64,000 bases of DNA from an uncultured virus (IMG/VR IMGVR_UViG_2049941000_000050). Its lineage: Duplodnaviria; Heunggongvirae; Uroviricota; Caudoviricetes. The stretch lies in IMG/VR virus record IMGVR_UViG_2049941000_000050. One strand, 5' to 3'. The notes beneath the pieces were generated by a model. That model searched no databases, was not told where the DNA came from, and worked only from the letters and a program-made list of their open reading frames with translations. Made by a program: the position numbers and the translations under genes. Position 1 is the stretch's first letter. Every line of letters starts with the position of its first letter. This document shows positions 44,570 to 53,876 of the stretch, one piece after another.

Positions 44570-44572
44570 TTT

Positions 44573-44767
44573 TTATCCCCCAATCACTTTCTTGGCTTTC
44601 GGCTCTTTCAGCGGGACCGGGGCAAAAGAGGTCAGGTCGTCCGAAACCCACAGCTTCCTGTCCGTGTCGTAATAATAGAAATTCACCTTTCTCGACAGCT
44701 TATCCCAGTCCAAAAAACCCTGGAACTTCTTACCGTCCGAGACTCTGACCATTGTCACTATATTCAT
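44573..44767 (-). CDS. Small hypothetical protein
   Basis: 64-aa ORF downstream of GTATAATAT. Confidence 0.6.
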   Translation of the reverse strand: MNIVTMVRVSDGKKFQGFLDWDKLSRKVNFYYYDTDRKLWVSDDLTSFAPVPLKEPKAKKVIGG

Positions 44768-44870
44768 AATATCTTGGCGAAGGAAACGCAACCATCTTTA
44801 GTGGTTGCGATGAATTCGCCACTCCTCTTCATCTAATATTATACGGCTTTATGCTGTCTTGTATCAATCA

Positions 44871-45021
44871 GTACTGAATCGGGAATCAACGCCTGCGGAG
44901 TTGAAGGCTCTGATTTTGGATGTCGAACATCCAAGATGAAACCATCGACATTGAAGCAGGAAAATCCGAGGGAAGTTCAACCACCCTCAATCTCAACGGT
45001 CTTCAGCCGTTGAGCAGTTGA
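44871..45021 (+). mobile_element. Orphan tnpB 3' end / omegaRNA (reRNA) scaffold and right end of an IS200/IS605- or IS607-type element
   Basis: AACGCCTGCGGAG...TTGAAGCAGGAAA...terminal hairpin CTCAACGG-TCTTCAG-CCGTTGAG-CAGTTGA; encodes RESTPAE, like TnpB C-termini. Confidence 0.65.
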
Positions 45022-46236
45022 AAATTTCTCCGTATTTCTCGCGGAATCCCCCGCTATGAGGAGTGAAACCAACAAATTCGCGGCGTATCCGCACAAAATC
45101 AGAACCATAACCGGGAAGAACCCGCTAAACCTGCCCAGAACGAACGTCGAGCAGAGATAGGCCATCAATGAGGCCATTCCCCACGAAGTTAAACAGAAGC
45201 CGTGCCTTTGGGACAGTGTGTCCTTACCGTACCGGCTCTCGAGGACGCTCGGGAGGACGGCGAAAGCCGCCCCGTACCCGGAGTGGACCAAAATCACGGC
45301 AATCGCGGCGGGAACCGCCATCCACCCGATTCCGAAGGAGAGGAGAATCGGTGCCATGAGAAGAATTTCGAACGCGACAATCGAAACCGTGATTTTCGAC
45401 CGGTTTTTCAGAAAATCGCTGACCGCCGGGAAAACGAGACGCCCGACGCCGTTGAAAATCCCGCACAGCATCATCACGGTTATGACCGCTTCCCCGGAAA
45501 GACCCATCTCCCTGAGAACGCTCGCACAGGAGCCGATGAGAATCAGTCCCATGGAAATGTTCAGGAACATAAAGAGCCAGGTTTTCCCGAAGAACCCGCT
45601 TTTAAGCGTGTCGATGTACGAAAACGGGCTTTTTTTCTGCCTTTTAAGCTTCAAAAGGGCGTATTTCGGCTTGTTGATGAGAAAAGCGGAAAGAAACGCC
45701 GGGACAGAATAAATCGCCGCGAGGGAATAAAACATTCCGGAAATTCCCGCCTTCGGGAAAAGGGTTCCAAAAAGCCACGAGCAGACGGCGGAGCCGAGAC
45801 CGAAGGTGAAAATCGAAATCGCGGAGAGAATCCCCTTATGTTTGGTGGCCGGGAACCAGAGAATCATGTTCTTGTTCGGGGTGACGTATCCGCACCCCTC
45901 CGCGGTTCCGGCGAAAAACCCGCACCCAAGGTACATCAACCAAATGTTTTTCAGCTGGCAGGCGAGACCGCCGAGAGCCAGACCGACAACAAGAAGCGTC
46001 GCGGAAACGGTCGCCGCAAGCCCGATTCTCTTTTCGACGAGCGGACCGAAGGTGGCCGCGCCCATCCCGAGGAAGAATATGTTCAGGCAGAACGTGAACT
46101 GGGCGGATTTTACCGAACAGCCGATTGCCTCGGCGATATGCGGCGTAAAAAGACTCCACGCATAGCAGAACCCGATGCAAAGGGTTAAAAGAACGCAGGG
46201 GATTACGGATTTCGAAAGCTTGTACAGAAGTTTCAT
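44977..46236 (-). CDS. MFS transporter, oxalate/formate antiporter (OFA) family
   Basis: ~12 hydrophobic segments; CIGFCYAWSLF, GCGYVTP...WFP...KG, FNGVGRL...SD, YGAAFAVLP. Confidence 0.88.
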   Translation of the reverse strand: MKLLYKLSKSVIPCVLLTLCIGFCYAWSLFTPHIAEAIGCSVKSAQFTFCLNIFFLGMGAATFGPLVEKRIGLAATVSATLLVVGLALGGLACQLKNIWLMYLGCGFFAGTAEGCGYVTPNKNMILWFPATKHKGILSAISIFTFGLGSAVCSWLFGTLFPKAGISGMFYSLAAIYSVPAFLSAFLINKPKYALLKLKRQKKSPFSYIDTLKSGFFGKTWLFMFLNISMGLILIGSCASVLREMGLSGEAVITVMMLCGIFNGVGRLVFPAVSDFLKNRSKITVSIVAFEILLMAPILLSFGIGWMAVPAAIAVILVHSGYGAAFAVLPSVLESRYGKDTLSQRHGFCLTSWGMASLMAYLCSTFVLGRFSGFFPVMVLILCGYAANLLVSLLIAGDSARNTEKFSTAQRLKTVEIEGG

Positions 46237-46288
46237 TCAATATTACCCCTCTTTTCAACTTCTTCTTTTATGTCTATGGTCTTCATTT

Positions 46289-46879
46289 TTAACCCTTTTT
46301 AAATATTTCATCGTACTTTTCTTTTATGAATTCTTTAACAATGAATAGAAGACAATATCGCCGGTGTTGCTCGTTGAGATAAAACGGGACTGTCATCAAC
46401 GTATTTTTCAATTGGGAACCGAGCTCTTTTTCCTTCCATATATTCCAGACAAATCTCCCCCCGTAATAAACCCCGACCGCGCCGGGAAGCGGGGATTGCA
46501 ACGGCTTTCCAATTTCTACCGGAATGTCCACGGAAATTCTACCCAAAAAGAAATCGTCGGTTTCAACCACAAATCTGGTCTCTACGCTCTTTTCCTTGAT
46601 TTCGGAAATCAATTCCGAAATCTCGCCCACGTTGGTTATCTCCCAAGTGTTAAAAAACACGGATTTTTCGTTTTTAAACACGTACTTTTCTTTGGAACGG
46701 TCATACTCAAACACCCGCACCCTGGGAAAATACTCAGACTCCGTGGATTGGAAAAATTCCTCAATCCTCTCTTTTGCCGCCTCCAGAGAGTGTGTCATAA
46801 AGATGGTTTCGTCCCAATGGGCGCAATGCGGGTCATCCTCGTTCTCAGAGACGACGGAATAAAGGGTGGGTTTGTCCAT
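46289..46879 (-). CDS. Hypothetical protein
   Basis: ATG 46879 five nt after GTATAATAT; the upstream part of the track ORF is a polB shadow. Confidence 0.65.
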   Translation of the reverse strand: MDKPTLYSVVSENEDDPHCAHWDETIFMTHSLEAAKERIEEFFQSTESEYFPRVRVFEYDRSKEKYVFKNEKSVFFNTWEITNVGEISELISEIKEKSVETRFVVETDDFFLGRISVDIPVEIGKPLQSPLPGAVGVYYGGRFVWNIWKEKELGSQLKNTLMTVPFYLNEQHRRYCLLFIVKEFIKEKYDEIFKKG

Positions 46880-46896
46880 AAAGAATATTATACTTT

Positions 46897-48210
46897 TCAC
46901 AAATCGTCGATTTCCATCATGTTCATGTTTCTCGGGTCGAAATTCGGGAAACCGGTCGCGACGAGAAAGTTCCTCAGCGTGTTGATGATGAGCTTTTCCC
47001 ACATAACGTCGTAGTCGATTTGAAAAATTTCCCCGAACTCCTTCGGGTACTGGTCCGGCTTGTACGCGAGAACGTTTATCGCGAACTTGTTCGACGGCTT
47101 GACGTACAGGAACCTCACCTTGTCCCCGACCAGAATGTGGTCGTACAGTTTCCCGAGCCCCATCTTGTCGATAATCTGGTTGTAGAACGTGCAAGCCTTG
47201 GCGATGCCCGTTGTTCCCTTCATCATTTCCAGAAATCCGGTGGACTCCCTCTCGGTGCCGTACCCCTTCCAGAAAGCTATCTCGTCCACACCGAGCCTTA
47301 TGAACTTTTCGTACGCGGCGGACAGGTATTTCCTGAAATCGTCGGATTTCCACCTCTTCGTCAGAACGCCGCCGTAAATGTCGCCGAGAATCTCCTTAAC
47401 CATCGGCGGAACGTTCCCCTTCTTGAGCTCGATTCCGGAATACTTGATTTTGTCCACCACCTCCGGACCCTCGGAAACGATTTTCCTGACCCCGTAGTGC
47501 TTCTTCGACTCGTAGATTCCCGTGTCGGCTATGTATTCCAGCGAATACCTCAGCACCCCCGGGTTTTCCGAGCGGTACTTTTCCTTGACAAGGTTCTGGA
47601 CATAGGGGTTCAGGTCGTTCTCGACAAAATCCTCGACGTATTTCCACAGCTTCAGCTTCCACTCGTCGGACCAGTCGATTAGGTTTTCCGGGAGGTTGTT
47701 CTGACGCCTGAAAAAGTCGGTTATGCAACGGATGGAAATGAACTGCGAGTTGTGGACGAGGATGTTGTCCGCGTAAAAGCAGTGCCCGTCGTCGTCGACC
47801 TCGATGTCGTAGACCCACTCCTCGGTTTTCCCGGTGTCATCGATTTTCGAAATTTCCCCGACCAGCTCGGAATCCGACTTTCTGTCGTAGACGGAGACAA
47901 GGTCCCCGACGCGGAGCTCTTTGGCGGCCTTGTTTTCGAAAAAGTGGTCCGTGTTGTAAACCATGCAGACGTGGTCGGTCGTTACGGTTACGGAATCCTC
48001 GCCCCTTTCCGAGGAAACGGTCACCCTAATCATGTTTTTCACGGTCTTGTGCCTCGAGACGTAGATTATCCTCGAGAAACCGTTTCCGAGCGTCCTGGTT
48101 TCCACGTCGCCGCAGTAAATCAGCTCGTAGCCGTTCATCTTTATGACTTTTCTCCCCTCGTCGAGTAGGGACTGGTAAAAATCTTCCAGCGAGACGTCTT
48201 TTTCTTCCAT
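46897..48210 (-). CDS. DNA polymerase B C-terminal half preceded by 154-aa C-intein (48210..47749)
   Basis: Intein blocks TTDH, WVYDIEV, NILVHN|S; then KKHYG...KYSGIELKK polB motifs. Confidence 0.92.
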   Translation of the reverse strand: MEEKDVSLEDFYQSLLDEGRKVIKMNGYELIYCGDVETRTLGNGFSRIIYVSRHKTVKNMIRVTVSSERGEDSVTVTTDHVCMVYNTDHFFENKAAKELRVGDLVSVYDRKSDSELVGEISKIDDTGKTEEWVYDIEVDDDGHCFYADNILVHNSQFISIRCITDFFRRQNNLPENLIDWSDEWKLKLWKYVEDFVENDLNPYVQNLVKEKYRSENPGVLRYSLEYIADTGIYESKKHYGVRKIVSEGPEVVDKIKYSGIELKKGNVPPMVKEILGDIYGGVLTKRWKSDDFRKYLSAAYEKFIRLGVDEIAFWKGYGTERESTGFLEMMKGTTGIAKACTFYNQIIDKMGLGKLYDHILVGDKVRFLYVKPSNKFAINVLAYKPDQYPKEFGEIFQIDYDVMWEKLIINTLRNFLVATGFPNFDPRNMNMMEIDDL

Positions 48211-48219
48211 GATAATATT

Positions 48220-49506
48220 TTATGATTTCAGAAAATCAAGGCATTCGGAAATAACCCGCTTCGGGTCTTTATAAAAATCACCTTCCCACACTATCTTAAC
48301 CTTATAACCGGCTTTCTCGATTGCCTCGATACGTTTTCGGTTTTTCTCCCATATAAGTTTCGCCGGTCTCGTCAGAATGATATCGTCCTCCCGGTACCTC
48401 TTAGGGTTGGCGTGATAAAAATCCCCGTAAAATTCTATAACCTTATCAAAAAGGGTATAATCCAGGCTAACCAGCTTATGTTCCCCGCCGATTTCCAAAT
48501 TCAACGAGAGTTCTCCGTTGTTCTTATCTCCGTATCTTGAATTTATCCTGGAAATTTCATACATTTCGTCCAATGTGTAAAAAAGCTCCACACTGACCCC
48601 GGAATAATTGTTGTTCTTTTTTGTAACGTAAGAAATCCACTTCAACGCCCCTTCGTTTTCCCCGTACTTCTTTATGAAATTGTCGTATGTGATTCTTTTG
48701 TCTTTGCAGACTCGCCTGTACTCCTCTAAACCTTTCTCTTTCCCGTATTTTTCGACGAAATACTCAAGTTTGCAACCAGCATACGCCTGTCTTTCACAAT
48801 AATCCTCCCACATTTTGGTTCCGACCTCGGTCCCGTGCCTCAAAATAAGATTTTCTTTTGTCACGGCTCGGCTTTGGTTGAATTTATTCCATTCTTCCTC
48901 GGTCATTCCCTTCTCACCCATCATATACTCTTTAGAACAGGTGTATGCCTGCCTTTTCGTGTATTCTTCGTATTTTTTCCTTCCCTCCACTTCTCCGTGA
49001 CGCTTTATGAAGGATTCTAGTGACGCGGTATCGAATTTTCTATGTTCAACCTCAAGCTCTTCGTCGGTTATGTCAAACAAAAGCTTGAAATATTTCGACG
49101 GCGACGTCCAAGCCGCCGGTGGGCGAAAAATCCCGCTCTTAACGTCCTTATACCACGATGATTTTAACGCTCTCTTTGAAATATTTTCAATCTCTGGGAG
49201 GTGTTTAAAAAAGCAGTCCCAGCACACCTTTCTGAAAAACGTCTTTCCGGACAGTTCCCGCCCCCTGACAAGCCATCTGTTGTGTTCGTTTTCGACATAT
49301 TGTCGATAAACGCCATTCTTCACAACAACAAGTTTCAAAATGCTCCTTGTAGCATCTGGTTTGTATCTCACATCAACAATATCGTTGACATCCACCATAA
49401 ATTTTCCGCACTCCCTGCAATAGAAATCGTTGATTTTCAAACCGTTATCTTTCCAATAATCAACCAACGTCCAGCCGTTAATTTTCTCAATTTCTTTGAA
49501 TGTCAT
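48220..49506 (-). CDS. Free-standing putative homing endonuclease (Vsr/DUF559-like C-terminus)
   Basis: LDY...VIEFYGDFYHANP...R...GYKVKIVWE; CxxC pairs; four (K/R)(H/Y)GxxxG repeats; AT-rich. Confidence 0.8.
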   Translation of the reverse strand: MTFKEIEKINGWTLVDYWKDNGLKINDFYCRECGKFMVDVNDIVDVRYKPDATRSILKLVVVKNGVYRQYVENEHNRWLVRGRELSGKTFFRKVCWDCFFKHLPEIENISKRALKSSWYKDVKSGIFRPPAAWTSPSKYFKLLFDITDEELEVEHRKFDTASLESFIKRHGEVEGRKKYEEYTKRQAYTCSKEYMMGEKGMTEEEWNKFNQSRAVTKENLILRHGTEVGTKMWEDYCERQAYAGCKLEYFVEKYGKEKGLEEYRRVCKDKRITYDNFIKKYGENEGALKWISYVTKKNNNYSGVSVELFYTLDEMYEISRINSRYGDKNNGELSLNLEIGGEHKLVSLDYTLFDKVIEFYGDFYHANPKRYREDDIILTRPAKLIWEKNRKRIEAIEKAGYKVKIVWEGDFYKDPKRVISECLDFLKS

Positions 49507-49579
49507 GGATTTCCTTTAATGGTTATGATTCATATTATATTTACTTTTTAGTGGGGACACAGCTTTTTAAGAAAAGAAA

Positions 49580-51676
49580 TCAGCTTTTTGTGCATATTTT
49601 TAGCTAGGATGGGCATTTTCTCACACAAATACTTGTATGGGGGGACGCCGTGTCCGTATCGCCTGAAATTAAATATAATAATTTTTTACTATCCCCCAAA
49701 ACGTCTATCAAATTCGGCGGCGGCGGGAGCGCGAACTCGCTCCCGAATTTTTTGTTGAAAACTTCCGCGACGTGCAACGCCGCGTTTATGTTGCAGAATT
49801 TTCCCGTTCTCGTGATTGTCTGTGCCATGTACAGATTGTAAATCGGCGAAAAAGCCGTACCGATTATACCGTAAATCGAGTTAATCATGATTTTGAGAGC
49901 CTGCTGTCTCGAATCGAGGTACTGTATCAGCTCCTCGGTTTTCGGGATTTCGCTTTCCGGGACCTCTTTCCTGTGGAGCGACATTTTCAGCCTCCCCATT
50001 TCCTTCTTGGTCGCCTTTCTGAGGTTGAAAAAGTGGGTGCACCACTCCGCGACGACGCCCTTCCGGACGCTGTGCTTGAGGAAGAGCGTGTTGTTTCTCG
50101 TGAAGATGCACTTTTCTCTCAAAAGCCCGTCGAGCTTCTCCCTCGAGACGGTTTTCTGCTCGCCGCTGGCTGAAAGAAGGTAAAACCTTTCTATGCCGGT
50201 TTCCGTCTCGAGGTCTATGGGGGGCTCGGTTTTGAACGCCTCCATGTTTTCCCCTATCGGGTTCCTGGAGATTTTACCGACGTACGTTTCCGGAGAAATG
50301 TTCGCGGCGCGGATTGACGACGGGTAGAGGGAGTTGTAGTCGACCACCGCTATCCCGTCGCGGTATACTGAGGGAACCGGCTCGAAAACGAACGCGCCCT
50401 CGAATTTCTCGTTGCTGTCCTTCCTCGACTTGTAGGAGGTGAAGACGGCTTTCCCCATGTTGGTCCTCGCGAAGGTGACCAGCGAGCCGACCAGGTAGCC
50501 GATTGAGGAGTATATGGAGTTGTAGTCGCTCAGACCGCTCGAGGTTATGGTCCGGGAAAGCTGTATCAGGCGGCATTTCTCCTCGATTCTGCGGAGGAGG
50601 TCCACGTCTCGGACGTTGTACTCGTAAAACTTCTGGAAATCGTTCTCGTAGAGCGTCTTGAGGTTTCCCTCGTACGCGACTTTCCTTCCGAGACCCTCGG
50701 CTTCGCCGACGTTGGAGAGACCGTATCCGCCGTCGAGGGGGTTCTTGATTTTGAACTTGTCGCGGTAGAGGACGAGCGCGTCGGCGAGGAATATTCCGGA
50801 TATTTCCGCGAGGATTTCCGCCTGTTTGTTGGCGCGTTGGTTCTCGGTGTTGTTCTCGCGCACGGAGACCCTCCCGACCGGGGACAGGCGTTTCGTGGTC
50901 TCAGAGAGACGCCCCGTTCCGACGTTGTCCGGGTTGCCGAGGACGCGCTCGACGCGGTTTACGATGTAGGGGATATCGTAGGACTGCGAGTTCCATCCGC
51001 AAATCACGTCCGGCGGGTTGTTTTCCATCCACCGCACGAAATTGAGGAGCATCGAACGCTCGTCGCCGCGGAATTTCCTGATTTCGAACAAATCCCCGGG
51101 CATTTCGGTCATCGGGCTCTCGGAGAACTCGCTACTGCACTCGCCGGTGGTCCAGGTGTGGTACTTTTTCGTGACCGAGTCGTGGACCGTAATCATGTTT
51201 ATGGGGTTTCTGGCGGTTTTCGGGGGCTCGAACTGCGCGGTCATCACTGTCTCGATATCGATGTACTGTATTCTGAGCGGCTGTGTGTTGAAATTTTTGT
51301 CGAGCGCGACGGAGTCGAACATTTTGTGGAGAAACTCGCTCTCGGGTCGGAGGCACTCGACTATGTTCAGCGAGCCGTTGCATGCGTCGACGTACGAGGA
51401 GCGGGCTTTGGCGTTCTTGAACGTCCTGGTGTCGACGTACCGACCGTAAATGTCCCTTTCCGCGGTTTTCCTTCTGACCGCGTGCTTAATCCACGACCTG
51501 TGGGGGCAAATGAAGGTTGCCGGGTTCCCGGCTGGGTCGTAGCCGAGAAGGATTATCCTCCCGTTTCTGTCCGCGTCGGTCGTGTAGTGGCAGGAACGGT
51601 AGCCGTTCCCAATGTAATCCTTCCATTTCTCGAAGGGGATATCGGTCAAATCGACCGCTGTGTCGAAAATGCTCAT
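49580..51676 (-). CDS. DNA polymerase B N-terminal half ending in short N-intein (from 49651; ends TAG 49604 or TGA 49580)
   Basis: DIET, GWNSQSYD, YNVRD, DYNSLYPS, KIMINSIYG, SGDTD|TASPHTSICVRK. Confidence 0.93.
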
Positions 51677-51696
51677 GGCTTTGGCATATTATACAA

Positions 51697-51725
51697 AAAA
51701 AACCGGGCTGAAAACAGCCCGGTTT
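51697..51725 (-). terminator. Intrinsic terminator
   Basis: AAACCGGGCTG-AAAA-CAGCCCGGTTT with A-run on plus strand. Confidence 0.8.
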
Positions 51726-53151
51726 AATTCTTTCTTTTTTTTTNNNNNNNNNNNNNNNNNNNNNNNNNNNNNNNNNNNNNNNNNNNNNNNNNNNNNNNNN
51801 NNNNNNNNNNNNNNGTTCCGCGCTTGGCGACCCTCACGGTGTGGTCGCCCGCCCTGTAGTTTCCGTAAACCTTCTCGGTGTCGTAGACGTAATACTCAAT
51901 CCAGAAACTGGCGACAATCCAGCGGTATTGGGTGTCGAAAAACGCCTTTCCCGCAATCTCGCCGAACGGGGTCGAATCTTTCGGGCGTTGGCCGCGGCGA
52001 TACATCTCGGTTTTCCAGACACCCCACCAGTAAACCGGAAGGGCGTAGCCCTTAATCTGGGACAAACCCTTCTTGAGGGGCTTGTTGGAGGCGGTTACGC
52101 CGCCTTTCCCGCTGAGTTTGGTGTTTTTGGGCGGTCTCGACTCCAGCAACGCGCCGTACGGCATTTCCACGAGTTTGTCCGACGAAAGCTCCAGCTTCTC
52201 GACGTTCGGATTCCCGTCCTTGTCCAGAATCGGATTCCCGTCCTTGTCGACTTCGGTGACCTCGATTCCGATGTTCTTTGAGAGCTCGGAAATCCGCTTC
52301 ACGCGGTCCTCGACGAACTTTTTCCCGGCTTCCATCGAGCCGACGTTCTCCTCCGTGTAAATGGTCATGAACTTGAACAGCTTGTCGACCTCGGTCCTCG
52401 GTTTGCGGACGATGCGGAAATACTTCGTTTCGCTTCCGAACTTCAGAGTCACAAACTTTTCGAGCTTTCCGGAAAACTCCTTGCTCGGGGTCCACTTGGA
52501 ATCGTCCCAAAAGCCGCCGTTCTCTTTCATGTCCGCCTTTTCGCCGACGAAAACGAAGGTCTTCGTCTTGTTTTCCTTTTCCGCCTCCCGGGCGTTGCCC
52601 TCCATCTGGGACATAATTGCGTCGTAAAGGTCTTCGAGCTCGTCTTTGGTTACGGTGTTGTTCTCTTTGGGGGTGTTGTCTGTGTTGATTACCTCCCCCG
52701 TGGCGGGGGTGTCTTCTGCGGAACCCGTGTCGGAAGTTTCGTCGTCGTCACCGTAGTCTTCTTCATTCTCGTCGCCGCCTTTAACCAGACCCTGGCGGAG
52801 TTTCGTGATTTTGTCCGGGGAGGTGTGGAAACCGTAGGTGTATTTCCCCTCGAAGAAACTCCCGTCCTCCTCCGGCGCGAACGCGATTTCGTTAATCTGC
52901 TTGCGGATGTCTTTGTAAATCTTCGGGAACTTGTTGAACAGCCCATAATACTCGTCCTCGGTCATCGCATCCGACGGAATCTCGTCGAGACCGGCTCTCT
53001 TGCAAATCCTGATGATGTCGACGTATCTCGGCTTTCCCTCCTCGGCTTCGTCTCCGTCCTGAATCGTGTAACCGTCGTCGTCGACGGTCTAGCTTTCTTC
53101 CTCGGTAATGACCCGGGCCATCTTTTTGATGAAATCGTCGATAGTTTCCAT
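51724..53151 (-). CDS. Hypothetical probable head protein (TAG 53091; 3' end uncertain, N-gap)
   Basis: METIDDFIKKMARVITEEES-*-TVDD joins 51724..52965; GTAAATA upstream. Confidence 0.7.
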
Positions 53152-53240
53152 AAACTTCCTTGAGAATGATTTTCTTTGCCTTTATTTACGAAAAAACCCC
53201 GGGCTTGGAAAAACACCGGGGTTGTATTCGGAAGAATGGG

Positions 53241-53459
53241 TCAGTATGTGACCCTGAACGGACCGAACATTTGCGGAATGGTGCAGTTGCAGGTTCCGCT
53301 TCCGCCGTTTTTCGGGTTGTTCGGACATTTTTGACACGGGTCCTCGAAAATTCTGTCCATTGATTCGAAAACGTCGGTCCCGCATTTGGAAAACGTGTAC
53401 GGGTTTCCCATTTCTCTCTCGAAATTTTCCCCGGTGTTGGAAAAAGCTTTGGCAGTCAT
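53241..53459 (-). CDS. Small Cys-rich protein
   Basis: CQKCPNNPKNGGSGTCNC. Confidence 0.65.
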   Translation of the reverse strand: MTAKAFSNTGENFEREMGNPYTFSKCGTDVFESMDRIFEDPCQKCPNNPKNGGSGTCNCTIPQMFGPFRVTY

Positions 53460-53602
53460 AATTTTTCTTCCTCAACGGTGTCGAAACACTCGTCATCCCC
53501 ATCGTCGTCCAGACTGACCATCTTGCTGAGAACGTGCAGAACGAAACTGGCGGTAGACGCCAGCAAAACAACGGACATAACGATAATTTCAACAAAACTC
53601 AT
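53456..53602 (-). CDS. Small single-TM protein (48 aa, not in track)
   Basis: MSFVEIIVMSVVLLASTASFVLHVLSK plus acidic tail; abuts both neighbours. Confidence 0.55.
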   Translation of the reverse strand: MSFVEIIVMSVVLLASTASFVLHVLSKMVSLDDDGDDECFDTVEEEKL

Positions 53603-53875
53603 TTAGATTTCCACCGTACACATCAGGTTGGACAGTTTGAAAAGATAAACCGTCTCATTGGGATTTACCTCGATTTCGTCCCCGGTGGAATTCGACATAA
53701 CCTTATCGCCGACCTTGAAGAAAAACCCCTCCGGAAGGGTTTTCGGGAGGGAGACAATCTCGTAAATGTCCACGGATTCCCTCTTCACGAGGATACCCCC
53801 GGACTCTTCCTTGTGGTCCCCACCGGAGGTTTTTTTGCATACAGCAGAATCGTTTAGTGGGACTAACTTTCTCAT
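53603..53875 (-). CDS. GroES/Cpn10-like co-chaperonin
   Basis: LVPLNDSAV...ESGGILV...FKVGDKVM. Confidence 0.75.
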   Translation of the reverse strand: MRKLVPLNDSAVCKKTSGGDHKEESGGILVKRESVDIYEIVSLPKTLPEGFFFKVGDKVMSNSTGDEIEVNPNETVYLFKLSNLMCTVEI

Positions 53876-53876
53876 T

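Noticed and set aside
44830..44975. tRNA or suppressor tRNA in the intergenic gap
   Set aside because: No cloverleaf or TTC-loop arrangement; fits a tnpB end better. No tRNA recognised anywhere in the window
48211..49603. Group I intron in polB
   Set aside because: Spacers around the endonuclease are too short for a ribozyme core, and the downstream gene has its own ATG plus intein C-terminal blocks
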